Positions 45,362 to 54,368 are shown, counted from the stretch's first letter. The stretch is DNA of 56,565 nt from Alphaproteobacteria bacterium (GCA_017520675.1 JAFXFG010000003.1:1-56565), one strand, 5' to 3'. Numbers and translations are program-made. Notes: a model not told the origin generated them from the letters alone.

Positions 45362-46708
45362 ATGCCTGATGTTAATGAAAAGTTCGTTCACATGAAATTC
45401 TTGAAAAACTTTTTTGGTAATCTTAGTGATTTACAAAAACGTATCTTGTTCACGCTGGGTGCGTTGATTGTGTATCGTATTGGCGCCTTTATTCCATTAC
45501 CAGGGGTTAATGCATCGGCTGTGTTGCATTTGTTCCAGGGGGATAGTGGAATGATGGGGATGTTTGATATGTTTAGTGGTGGTTCTTTGTCGCGTATGTC
45601 TGTGTTGGCATTGAATATTTTCCCTTATATTTCGGCATCTATCGTTTTGCAATTGTTGAGTGCAACAAGTAAATCATTGGGTGAATTGCGCAAAGAAGGT
45701 GAATCTGGACGTGTGAAAATAAACCAGTATACCAGATATTTGGCTGTGTTGTTGGCGGTTGTACAAGGATGGGCCGTTGTTCGTGGTTTGGAAATGATGG
45801 CACCTGTTAATGGTGTGCCTGCGGTTGTAAATCCTGGGTTTGCATTTGAATTGTCGGCGATAATTGCCTTGGTTGGTGGAACGGTGTTTGTTATGTGGTT
45901 GGCGGAACAAATTACTGCACGTGGTATCGGGCAGGGGGCTTCTCTGTTGATTTTTGCCGGTATTATTGCAGAGGTTCCAGGTGGTATCGCACAATTGGTT
46001 TCATTGGGTTCAGTTGGGCAAATTTCACCAGCAATGATTGCATTAGTTGTTGCATTCGTTGTCGGAATTGTGGCGTTAATTGCATTCTTTGAACAGGCAC
46101 AACGTCGTATTCAGATTTTATATCCTCGTCAGGTTATGTCTAATGGGGTTGTGAATACGAATGCGTCTTATTTGCCAATTAAAATTAATATGTCTGGTGT
46201 TATGGGGCCTGTGTTTGCGTCTAGTATTATGATGTTGCCAGCATTTATTCAACGGTTTGTTCAGAGTGAGAATTTGACAGTTCAGACGATTATGGGATTC
46301 TTTACATATGGGACATGGTCTTATATAATCATGTTCACTGTATTGATTGCTTTCTTTGCATATTTCCAGACGGCTGTTATCTTTAATTCAGAAGAGACCA
46401 GTAATAATTTAAAAAATGCAGGTGGTTATATCCCAGGGGTTCGTCCAGGTGAACAAACTATTACTTATTTAGATAATGTTGTTTCACGTACTACTGCGAT
46501 TGGGGTTGCATACTTGATTGTAGTTTGTGTTTTGCCAATTATTTTGAATACTCATGTTGGTATGCCTTTGGCGATTGGCGGAACGAGTGTATTGATTGTG
46601 GCTGGGGTTGTGCTGGATACAGTAAATCAGGTGCAGTCTTACTTGGTTGCGAAACAATATAGCGGTGTCGTTAAAAAGACACAGAAAAAGGGTCGTTTTC
46701 GCGGTTAA
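45362..46708 (+). CDS. secY: preprotein translocase subunit SecY
   Basis: 10-TM pattern and LFTLGALIVYRIGAFIPLPGV. The start could instead be the ATG at 45392. Confidence 0.95.
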   Translation: MPDVNEKFVHMKFLKNFFGNLSDLQKRILFTLGALIVYRIGAFIPLPGVNASAVLHLFQGDSGMMGMFDMFSGGSLSRMSVLALNIFPYISASIVLQLLSATSKSLGELRKEGESGRVKINQYTRYLAVLLAVVQGWAVVRGLEMMAPVNGVPAVVNPGFAFELSAIIALVGGTVFVMWLAEQITARGIGQGASLLIFAGIIAEVPGGIAQLVSLGSVGQISPAMIALVVAFVVGIVALIAFFEQAQRRIQILYPRQVMSNGVVNTNASYLPIKINMSGVMGPVFASSIMMLPAFIQRFVQSENLTVQTIMGFFTYGTWSYIIMFTVLIAFFAYFQTAVIFNSEETSNNLKNAGGYIPGVRPGEQTITYLDNVVSRTTAIGVAYLIVVCVLPIILNTHVGMPLAIGGTSVLIVAGVVLDTVNQVQSYLVAKQYSGVVKKTQKKGRFRG

Positions 46709-46727
46709 AGTGGAAACAAAACAAGAT

Positions 46728-46755
46728 TTGACTTTTGCCGAAAAATATATAGAAT
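46728..46755 (+). promoter_or_regulatory. candidate internal promoter TTGACT-16-TAGAAT upstream of rpsM
   Basis: TTGACT at 46728-46733 and TAGAAT at 46750-46755. Confidence 0.4.
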
Positions 46756-46859
46756 TATTTGGCAAAATAAAATAGCCCTGGGTATTTTATACTTTGGGTT
46801 TAAGGGGTGAAGTGCGGGTGGACTGTACTTCGTAAGATAAATATAAAGGAAAATAAAAA

Positions 46860-47237
46860 ATGGCACGTATAGCAGGTGTTAACATTCCTTCGGAAAAACG
46901 CATTGAAATTGCGTTGCAGTATATTCACGGTATTGGGCCGGCAAAGTCGGCACAAATCTGTGCGGCTTTGAAATTAAAAGACGGTTTGCGCGCAAAAGAT
47001 TTGACAGACGAAGATGTTATCAAAATTTCTAATTATATCGAAGATAACTTTAAAGTAGAAGGCGATGTTCGTCGTGAAGTTACTATGAATATCAAACGTT
47101 TGCAAGACTTGAAAACCTATCGCGGTATTCGTCATCGTAATCGTTTGCCAGTTCGTGGTCAACGCACTCAGACAAACGCACGTACACGCAAGGGTAAGCG
47201 TGTTGTAGTGGCTGGTTCCGCAACCAAGGGTAAATAA
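46860..47237 (+). CDS. rpsM: 30S ribosomal protein S13
   Basis: [26 protein letters not shown]. Confidence 0.97.
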   Translation: MARIAGVNIPSEKRIEIALQYIHGIGPAKSAQICAALKLKDGLRAKDLTDEDVIKISNYIEDNFKVEGDVRREVTMNIKRLQDLKTYRGIRHRNRLPVRGQRTQTNARTRKGKRVVVAGSATKGK

Positions 47238-47345
47238 AAATTAATCTAATGCGTGCATCTATGCGCGTTGGGCTTTGGTCATGTAGCGATTTGTACACTC
47301 CCGTCGCCCAACACACATATCTGCAACATTATCTTAATTTTTCAA
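47238..47345 (+). repeat. hairpin repeat element, degenerate copy G, in the rpsM-rpsK spacer
   Basis: Core tcatgtagcgatttgtacact with arms gttgggc (47267-47273) / gcccaac (47306-47312). The aatctaat...atcta 5' flank resembles the first unit of the array at 30140. Confidence 0.7.
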
Positions 47346-47401
47346 ATAAGGTAGAGATTAACACGATAGTTAATTGTAGACATCGAAAAAGGTAAAATAA
47401 A

Positions 47402-47785
47402 ATGGCAGTATCAAAAGCTAAAAAGAAAGTAGTAAAAAAAGTATCGCATGGCATTGCACATGTTGTTGCGACTAATAATAATACACGTATTACAATCACA
47501 GATCAGTCGGGTGCTGTGTTGACTTGGGCAACCGCTGGGGCAAATAATTTTAAAGGTGCAAAAAAGTCCACACCATATGCGGCAACAATTGTTGCAGATG
47601 CAGTGGGTAAAAAAGTTGCAGAAATGGGTATGAAAACTGTTGATGTGTTAATGCGCGGTATTGGTCAGGGTCGTGAATCTGCTGTACGTGGATTGGCAAA
47701 TGCTGGTCTGATTGTGCAGTCCATTACTGATACTACACGCATTCCACACAATGGATGCAGACCTAAGAAGGTTCGTAGAGTCTAA
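47402..47785 (+). CDS. rpsK: 30S ribosomal protein S11
   Basis: GIAHVVATNNNTRITITDQSGAVLTWATAG. Confidence 0.96.
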   Translation: MAVSKAKKKVVKKVSHGIAHVVATNNNTRITITDQSGAVLTWATAGANNFKGAKKSTPYAATIVADAVGKKVAEMGMKTVDVLMRGIGQGRESAVRGLANAGLIVQSITDTTRIPHNGCRPKKVRRV

Positions 47786-47792
47786 GATATTA

Positions 47793-47820
47793 AATCCCAT
47801 CGTTTGATGGGATTTTATTA
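47793..47820 (+). terminator. intrinsic terminator after rpsK
   Basis: aatcccat cgtttg atgggatt followed by ttattatt. Confidence 0.65.
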
Positions 47821-47841
47821 TTAAAAAAATAGGAGTCTGAT

Positions 47842-48477
47842 GTGAAAAAAGTCTATAAATTATCCGAAGAAAATTATAAGCAATTGTTGGCTGTGTTGCA
47901 TAAGTTTGGTAATAATAAGAATGCAATCAATTTGTTAAATAGCGCGGATGTTGTCATTGTGAAAGATAAGAAAACGAAAAAAAATATACAGAGTCTTGAT
48001 AATCAAAAGGAAGTTTTGACCGATAGAAAAATGAAAGAAATATTCGGGGGAAATTATCAAGGCTTAGTTTTTTATAATTATGATTATGAAAAATGGAATG
48101 TGAAAAATCCACTGGATTCGAGTTTGAAAAATAAGACCTATGCATTGAATCTGATAAAAAGAGTTATGGACGAGAAAATGCAAAATATGCAAATGGAATT
48201 GGTTGCAATAATTACTATGCCGGTTGCAGATTCAAATTATGTTGGTTGGGGTAAGAGTTTGCAGAATTTAAAATATGATGCATCTGGACATGTGTTGGTT
48301 GGTACTTTGTTATGGCGTGATACGAATACAGGTAAGTTATTAAGTTTTGCTGATAATTGGCAACAGGGCGAATTGTTTCTGTGTGAACGCAATTCAAAAG
48401 AAGATGCGATAAATCGCTTTGTGCAGGATGTTATGCGATACAATAATTTTCGTGATGGGATAAGTCGTTTGAGATAA
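47842..48477 (+). CDS. hypothetical cytoplasmic protein (211 aa), GTG start
   Basis: RBS aggag 6 nt upstream of GTG 47842. No signal peptide and no motif I recognise. Confidence 0.6.
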   Translation: MKKVYKLSEENYKQLLAVLHKFGNNKNAINLLNSADVVIVKDKKTKKNIQSLDNQKEVLTDRKMKEIFGGNYQGLVFYNYDYEKWNVKNPLDSSLKNKTYALNLIKRVMDEKMQNMQMELVAIITMPVADSNYVGWGKSLQNLKYDASGHVLVGTLLWRDTNTGKLLSFADNWQQGELFLCERNSKEDAINRFVQDVMRYNNFRDGISRLR

Positions 48478-48483
48478 TATAAA

Positions 48484-48508
48484 ATAATCCCCAATAAAGG
48501 GGATTATT
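48484..48508. terminator. bidirectional hairpin between convergent genes
   Basis: aatcccc aataaa ggggatt (48486-48505). It overlaps the stop codon of the minus-strand gene. Confidence 0.6.
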
Positions 48509-49295
48509 CATTTGTGGTTGTGGTGGTTTCGCTTTCGCGGTCAATTTTTTCCCAGCGATATGTTGCATTGTCGCCAACAATATCAACCGTCAGAACAAAT
48601 TTACCAGTTGAACCCTCGGCCTTAGGGTCTGGAATTGCAGATAGTGCGGCGGCCTTGGCATCTTCGGCGATACCCTTAATCGCGGTTAGCGCCGCCCCAA
48701 CAGTCGCATATTCAGTTGGTAATGTACCTATTTTATTAACTTCTTCAGTTAATTTTGGTAATCCGTAGACAGTTTGGGCGGTTCCAGAGAGGTTGGTCAT
48801 ATTTCCACCGTAAGAAAGTAAATACGAAAAGCCGTTTTCGTTGCTATAATTATTATATAAAGCCTCGTAATCATGAAATATTTCGTCCAATCTAATGGGC
48901 CAAAATGTATCCCCTCTTTGTTGCTTAAATAAGCGTGCCATTATGCCGGCTACCCCAGGAAATTCAGGGTCAGTATAACTTAATTTTAAAAATTCAGAAA
49001 TATCATTTGTTGGAATAGGGGTGGTTTTTTCTTGGTCATTAAAGAAAAAAATACTACTTGCATTTTCAAGTCCAGCTAAAATATCCCAATATGTTAATTC
49101 TGCTGGGGTGCCGATTATGTCTGATAATGTGGTTAAATCGCTTTGGTTTGCTTTCAAATCCAATGCGGTGGTGGTGGCATAGTTTTCCAGTGCTTCGTCC
49201 AAGAATCCGCGCGACACCAGTGCTGCATTCGCTGGCGCGCCAACCGCAAGTCCCAATATCGTGCCAAATAAACCTGTTGATAAATATTTTCTCAT
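48504..49295 (-). CDS. secreted/surface protein, shorter paralog of 27990..29216
   Basis: MRKYLSTGLFGTILGLAVGAPANAALVSRGFLDEALENYATTTALDLKANQSDL closely matches the N-terminus of the paralog, and the C-terminal block KIGTLPTEYATVGAALTAIK is identical. Confidence 0.8.
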   Translation of the reverse strand: MRKYLSTGLFGTILGLAVGAPANAALVSRGFLDEALENYATTTALDLKANQSDLTTLSDIIGTPAELTYWDILAGLENASSIFFFNDQEKTTPIPTNDISEFLKLSYTDPEFPGVAGIMARLFKQQRGDTFWPIRLDEIFHDYEALYNNYSNENGFSYLLSYGGNMTNLSGTAQTVYGLPKLTEEVNKIGTLPTEYATVGAALTAIKGIAEDAKAAALSAIPDPKAEGSTGKFVLTVDIVGDNATYRWEKIDRESETTTTTNE

Positions 49296-49579
49296 TTTAT
49301 TACTCCCGTTGTTGGTTTAAAAAAATTAACCGCTATAGGAATAGCGGTCGGGGAGTTCGTAAATCATGACTTCAATGACCCTGTCCGCCTTTGGGACAAG
49401 CCCTGTTGTATAGCGGACAGCCCCCCGACATTTCGTCAGGGATTAATCAAGATACAGTGCAAATACGGAAAACATTTGTCGGAATTACGACACATAAATA
49501 TATGTTTACATATATTTGCACCGGAAGTCATAAGGCTTACGACAGCCCCGAACCAAATTCCCACTTGGTTCAGTCTTAA
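49296..49579 (-). promoter_or_regulatory. conserved structured 5' leader RNA, copy 2
   Basis: The reverse complement aligns along its whole length with 27725-27989. Confidence 0.7.
49316..49348 (-). terminator. leader-internal intrinsic terminator (copy 2)
   Basis: Minus strand reads accgctat tcct atagcggt followed by taattttttt. Confidence 0.65.
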
Positions 49580-49608
49580 TGTTATCAAATATGTGCTGGG
49601 GGGTGCAA
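49580..49608 (-). promoter_or_regulatory. candidate promoter TTGCAC-17-ATAACA at the position equivalent to the copy-1 promoter
   Basis: Reverse complement of 49603-49608 and of 49580-49585. The -10 box is weak. Confidence 0.35.
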
Positions 49609-49638
49609 GTATAAAAAATAATTTTATCTTTTAGATAT

Positions 49639-50247
49639 TTAGGATTTGAAATATGGATTGTTGTGGGCTAGCCAGTCGATATTAGTATCCATCCCATGAC
49701 CATGTATAACACCAGTTTGAGCCGGCAGATTCATATTATAGATATTAGAAATCGATTGAAATAACATTTTTGCATCTCCACCAGGCAGATCATAGCGACC
49801 AATGTTGTCTTGGAATATTGTGTCGCCGATTATTATTACCTGTTCGTCTGGAAAGTGGTATGCAACACCGCCTGGGGTGTGGCCAGGTGTTTCGATGATA
49901 TCCATAAATAAATTTGGTAAAATTTCTGTGCGTTTGATATCTAGTGTAGTTGGGCGGTTGTCGTCCAGACTGATACTGGGCAGACCAAAATATTCCAGCA
50001 GTCCATTACCCCAGCCAACCAATCTGAAATCGCCACTGTGCAGGTACCAAGGAATATCAAAGTGGCGTGCCAGTGCAGGGGCGGCAGATATATGGTCTGG
50101 GTGGCCATGGGTTGCATATATTGCCACTGGGGTCAGGTTGCGTTCTTGTAACACGGTCAGCCAATCATTAAAGTGTCCCCAAGGGTCAAAAATAACACAT
50201 TTATTATCAACAGATACAATCACAGAATTTGTGTTCCGTGGTTGCAT
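49639..50247 (-). CDS. MBL-fold metallo-hydrolase (glyoxalase II-like)
   Basis: HGHPDH motif (ATHGHPDHISAAP). Start placed at ATG 50247 (MQPRNTNSVIVSV...), because the longer track ORF overlaps the end of ftsH. Confidence 0.75.
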   Translation of the reverse strand: MQPRNTNSVIVSVDNKCVIFDPWGHFNDWLTVLQERNLTPVAIYATHGHPDHISAAPALARHFDIPWYLHSGDFRLVGWGNGLLEYFGLPSISLDDNRPTTLDIKRTEILPNLFMDIIETPGHTPGGVAYHFPDEQVIIIGDTIFQDNIGRYDLPGGDAKMLFQSISNIYNMNLPAQTGVIHGHGMDTNIDWLAHNNPYFKS

Positions 50248-50263
50248 CTGTAAAATTTCAAAC

Positions 50264-52189
50264 TTATTGTTTTTTAGGTGCTGCATTTTTTTTGACTTGT
50301 TTTTTTGGTGTTTCTTTTTTCCCTTTGTTGCCAAAAACAATTTCGCGGATTTCTTCGCCAGTTAAGGTTTCGCGATTGAGTAATTCGTTTGCCAGTTTTT
50401 CAACTGTTTTTTTGTTCTTGGTTAAGTGTTTGGTTGCATCTGCATGTGCGGCAGTAAGCCAGTTTTGGATTTCTGCATCTACGATTTCAGCGGTCTTTTC
50501 AGATGCGTTTTCTAACGCACCACGTGTGCCGAATGTACCGACTTGGTTAATCGCCGCCAGACCCACTTTCTTGGATAGGCCAGCTGTTGTGATGGAATAG
50601 CGCGCCAAACGTGTTGCCATCGCAATATCACTTTCTGCCCCAGTTGTTATTTTGTCGGGGCCAAAGAATATTTCTTCGGCACAACGACCCGCCAAGGCAA
50701 TTGACAAGTTTGCACGAACTTCGGCCAGTGTCATTGAAACCTTGTCATCAATTGGCAGGTGTTGAACCATACCAAGTGCACGACCGCGTGGGATAATGGT
50801 GGCCTTGTGAATTGGGTCGGCAATGTCTTCGTACATTAGACTGATGAAGGCGTGGCCAGCCTCGTGAAAGGCGGTTAGTTTTATGTCATCGGGACGCATT
50901 TTGCGAATCTTGCGTGGTCCCATGGTGATTTTGTCGCGGGCTTCTTCGATGTCGTCTGGGGTAATTTTATCACGTTTGTTTCGGACAGCGTGCAGCGCCG
51001 CTTCGTTTAACAGATTTTCAAGGTCTGCACCAGAAAATCCAGTTGTGCCACGCGCAATATCTTGTAAATTGACATCGTCGGCAATCTTTACGCGTTTGGC
51101 ATACAAATCAAGAATTTCACGACGACCAGCCATATCCGGTAAATCAATATAAACCTGACGATCAAAGCGACCAGGACGCAATAACGCCGCGTCTAGCATA
51201 TCAACACGATTGGTCGCACCAATAACTATGATGCCTGTGTCGTTCGCAAAACCATCCATTTCAATCAGCAGTTGATTTAATGTTTGTTCGCGGTCTTGGT
51301 CATTGTATGAGTGGGTCGAACGCTTTTGTCCAATCGCATCAATTTCATCAATAAACAAGATGCATGGCGCATTGCGCTTTGCCATATCAAATATTTCTTT
51401 TATCTTGGCAACACCAAGCCCAACAATAATACCAGAAAAGTCAGAACCAGATGCAGCGAAAAATGGAACATCTGCTTCGCCGGCAATAGCACGCGCAAGT
51501 AAGGTTTTGCCAGTGCCTGGTTGACCAGATAGCAACACACCACGCGGTACACGCGCACCAAGTGATTGGTATTTGTCTTTGTTTTTTAAGAAATCTACGA
51601 TTTCAGATAATTCTTGTTTTTCCGAATCGATACCTGCAACATCTGCAAATGTCGTTTTGGGTTTGCCTGTTGCAATCTTGGTAGGGTTTTGGCTGATTAA
51701 ACTGCGACCAATGCCACCAGGACCACCACGACGCAATCCGCGAAATAACCATATGATAAATAATATCGTTAATACAAGTGGGGCAAATGTCGCAAATGCG
51801 TCAACCCATGATCTTGAAGTGTCAATCGTAATAGAGGTGCCCGCATCAGAAAGACTTTTAAGCATTTCTGGGTCGTATGTAATTGTGGCTGTGTACTTTG
51901 TGCCGTCTGATAGTGTGCCAGTGGCATTGTTGCCATTGATAGTCATTGTTGTTATATCAGCACCACGTTTTAAAACATCAGAAAATGATAATTCAATTGG
52001 CTTGTTAGAACGGCGTGCAGTTTCGCCAATTTGCGGTGTGCCAAAATCTGTTCCGTTTAATAATACGCGTGCAATCATTGCACAAAAAAGCGCGCCAAAT
52101 ATAATCAAAAACCAATTCGAACTGTCGCGCTTTCTTGTGTGGGAATTAGTTTTGTTGCTTGATTTTTTTAAGTCTTTTAAGTTTTTCAT
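50264..52189 (-). CDS. ftsH: ATP-dependent zinc metalloprotease FtsH
   Basis: Walker A GQPGTGKTLLARAIAGE, SRH segment, zinc site HEAGHA. Start at ATG 52189; the TTG start in the track lies deeper inside tilS. Confidence 0.95.
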   Translation of the reverse strand: MKNLKDLKKSSNKTNSHTRKRDSSNWFLIIFGALFCAMIARVLLNGTDFGTPQIGETARRSNKPIELSFSDVLKRGADITTMTINGNNATGTLSDGTKYTATITYDPEMLKSLSDAGTSITIDTSRSWVDAFATFAPLVLTILFIIWLFRGLRRGGPGGIGRSLISQNPTKIATGKPKTTFADVAGIDSEKQELSEIVDFLKNKDKYQSLGARVPRGVLLSGQPGTGKTLLARAIAGEADVPFFAASGSDFSGIIVGLGVAKIKEIFDMAKRNAPCILFIDEIDAIGQKRSTHSYNDQDREQTLNQLLIEMDGFANDTGIIVIGATNRVDMLDAALLRPGRFDRQVYIDLPDMAGRREILDLYAKRVKIADDVNLQDIARGTTGFSGADLENLLNEAALHAVRNKRDKITPDDIEEARDKITMGPRKIRKMRPDDIKLTAFHEAGHAFISLMYEDIADPIHKATIIPRGRALGMVQHLPIDDKVSMTLAEVRANLSIALAGRCAEEIFFGPDKITTGAESDIAMATRLARYSITTAGLSKKVGLAAINQVGTFGTRGALENASEKTAEIVDAEIQNWLTAAHADATKHLTKNKKTVEKLANELLNRETLTGEEIREIVFGNKGKKETPKKQVKKNAAPKKQ

Positions 52190-53141
52190 TTTTCTTCCTG
52201 ATGCTTGTTTTTGCCCCTTCGGGTACAATTAGAATTTGGTCTTTGAAACGCCGAATCGTGCAGTGCCCAAGGGTAAATTTACATTCTGACCTTAGTCTAT
52301 TTAGTGCGTTGTTCAGCGAATTCAAGCGCGGTTGATAATTGTCCCCACCAATCGTTTTTATTAATGTGCCTAGCAACTTTAAACCAATGTCGGTGGGTTC
52401 GTCAAATAGAAAAGAATCATGGAATAAGGCATAGCCGTCATATAATATGCCCTGTGTTTTTGATTCTATGCCGGTTTCAAGCGCATCACGTGTGCGTGCA
52501 AGATTCTTAATCGCAAGCAAAATTCGATTGTCGCTGATGCCAAGTTTGTCTGATAATAAATGACGATTTTGACGAATCTTTACGCGTGTATATTTGTCGT
52601 CGTAATTCATTTCGTCTGAAAAATATTTTATGTTATGACTGTCGCAATATTCGATTAATTCACTGCGAAAAACATTTAATAGTGGACGAACAATCTGGAT
52701 GCCATCGCGGTATGATACTTGTTGCATCGCAGACAGACCGATAACGCCACTGCCACGTGCAAGATTCATTAAAAATGTTTCAATTTGATCGTCTGCCTGA
52801 TGTGCAACCAACAGTGTGTCTATGCCATTCGCATGACACCAATCTGTCATCATTTTATAACGTGCTTCGCGGGCGGCAGCCTCTAGCCCAGTGGCGGGTT
52901 TTTCCGCTGTCCAACAAAATACTTTGCAGGGTAGTCCAAGTTTGTCGCAGGTGTCTTGGACATATTGAGCCTCGGTCAAGGCGGCATCGCGTAGACAATG
53001 ATTTACATGCAGTACTGTTGGCTTTAATTTTATTTGTGATAGCCAATACAGCAGGCATATCGAATCAACACCACCACTGACCGCAACGGCCAAGGGGCGA
53101 TTCGAATATGGCTGAATAAAATCAAGAAACTTTTTATTCAT
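52146..53141 (-). CDS. tilS: tRNA(Ile)-lysidine synthase
   Basis: PP-loop AVAVSGGVDSICLL. The conserved tilS-ftsH gene order is present. Confidence 0.88.
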   Translation of the reverse strand: MNKKFLDFIQPYSNRPLAVAVSGGVDSICLLYWLSQIKLKPTVLHVNHCLRDAALTEAQYVQDTCDKLGLPCKVFCWTAEKPATGLEAAAREARYKMMTDWCHANGIDTLLVAHQADDQIETFLMNLARGSGVIGLSAMQQVSYRDGIQIVRPLLNVFRSELIEYCDSHNIKYFSDEMNYDDKYTRVKIRQNRHLLSDKLGISDNRILLAIKNLARTRDALETGIESKTQGILYDGYALFHDSFLFDEPTDIGLKLLGTLIKTIGGDNYQPRLNSLNNALNRLRSECKFTLGHCTIRRFKDQILIVPEGAKTSIRKKNEKLKRLKKIKQQN

Positions 53142-53189
53142 TGTTTTGTTATTCTATGCTATAATTTCCAAAAATAAAGGAAAAATAAA

Positions 53190-53741
53190 ATGTCTGGTAA
53201 ATTAAAATCGATTGCTGTGTATTGTGGCCATCAGTTTGGAAATGATAAACAGTTTGCACGTGATGCGGCATTGGTGGGGGAAATGTTGGCCAAGAACGAT
53301 ATTCGTATGGTCTTTGGTGGTGGTGATGTTGGCTTGATGGGGACAGTCGCAACAGCAGCGCTGAAAAACGGCGGACAGGTTATCGGGGTATCAACAGATG
53401 ATGTTCTGGCGCGTCAAGAGCCAGCCCATCCAGAAATCTATGTCAAGGTTGTAGATGGGGTTAATGAAAGAAAACAAATTATGTTCGATTTATCTGATGC
53501 GTTTATTATCTTGCCAGGGGGAATTGGTACTTTAAATGAGTTGTCTGATATTATGACAATGCAACAGATTGGTGAAACTAATAAACCATTGTTCTTTTTG
53601 AATACAAATAATTTTTGGAAACCATATGCAGAACTGGTAAAGCATATGATGGATAGTGGTTTTATTGAAAGTATGAATGACTATCATATTTTTAATGCGG
53701 CAAATCCAGATGAACTGGCAGAACAGGTTTTGAAATACTAG
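53190..53741 (+). CDS. LOG-family (TIGR00730-type) nucleotide phosphoribohydrolase
   Basis: GGGDVGLMG and ILPGGIGTLNEL motifs. Confidence 0.85.
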   Translation: MSGKLKSIAVYCGHQFGNDKQFARDAALVGEMLAKNDIRMVFGGGDVGLMGTVATAALKNGGQVIGVSTDDVLARQEPAHPEIYVKVVDGVNERKQIMFDLSDAFIILPGGIGTLNELSDIMTMQQIGETNKPLFFLNTNNFWKPYAELVKHMMDSGFIESMNDYHIFNAANPDELAEQVLKY

Positions 53742-53953
53742 AATTCAAACACTTTGTCGCGTGATGTCGCGCCACGTATAAGTTTTATGCTGGTCTTGGG
53801 CACATTATAGTGTGCAGCCAGCATTTTTATTACGTCATTTGTGGCTTTGCCATCTGTTGGGGCGGTGGTGGTGTGTACGCGCACGATGCCATCGGGTTGA
53901 ATTTCAACCCGATTAAATTTTGCCCGTGGTATGACGCGTACGGTTAACCTCAT
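53738..53953 (-). CDS. DUF167 (YggU-like) protein
   Basis: VRVIPRAKFNRVE...TAPTDGKATNDVIKMLAAHYNVPKTSIKLIRGATSRDKV. Confidence 0.7.
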   Translation of the reverse strand: MRLTVRVIPRAKFNRVEIQPDGIVRVHTTTAPTDGKATNDVIKMLAAHYNVPKTSIKLIRGATSRDKVFEF

Positions 53954-53956
53954 GAC

Positions 53957-54322
53957 TTATTGCGCAATGTCTGAAAAATCTTGCAGTTTTTCGCCTGCAA
54001 TTATATGCAGGTGAAAGTGCGGTACGCTTTGATAAAAGAATGTACCGCGACCAACATTTGCAATTATGTTGCAGGCATTATCACAATTCATTTTCTTTGC
54101 GGTTTCTTTGACGCAGTCCCAAAATGACGCTTGTTCTTCTGTGGATGCGTTATGCAGAAAGTCAAACAGATTTTCGTATTCGCCCTTTGGAATAATTAAT
54201 ACATGTGTCTGGGCCACTGGATTTACATCGTAAAACGATAATGCATGTGTGTTTTCGCAAATCTTGTTTGTTGGTACTTCGCCGCGTGCGATTTTTGCAA
54301 AGATATTATTTTTATCGTACAT
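53957..54322 (-). CDS. HIT-family nucleotide hydrolase
   Basis: Start at ATG 54322 (RBS aaggaga). Histidine triad VPHFHLHII. Confidence 0.85.
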   Translation of the reverse strand: MYDKNNIFAKIARGEVPTNKICENTHALSFYDVNPVAQTHVLIIPKGEYENLFDFLHNASTEEQASFWDCVKETAKKMNCDNACNIIANVGRGTFFYQSVPHFHLHIIAGEKLQDFSDIAQ

Positions 54323-54368
54323 ACTTTTATTCTCCTTGTGTTTTGTGGGTATCATAGTAAAGTTAAGA

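Noticed and set aside
52146-52228. Large gene overlaps implied by the ORF track: ftsH with tilS, the MBL hydrolase with ftsH (50264-50340), the 4658..5602 N-terminal extension, and the 13630 TTG start.
   Set aside because: These are artefacts of longest-ORF calling with TTG/GTG starts. Internal ATG starts give a proper signal peptide or N-terminus and remove or shrink the overlaps. A ~44-nt tilS/ftsH overlap remains and is plausible.
53738-53741. 4-bp overlap (ctag) of the convergent stop codons of the LOG gene and the DUF167 gene.
   Set aside because: It is real but a trivial consequence of compact packing; I infer no function.
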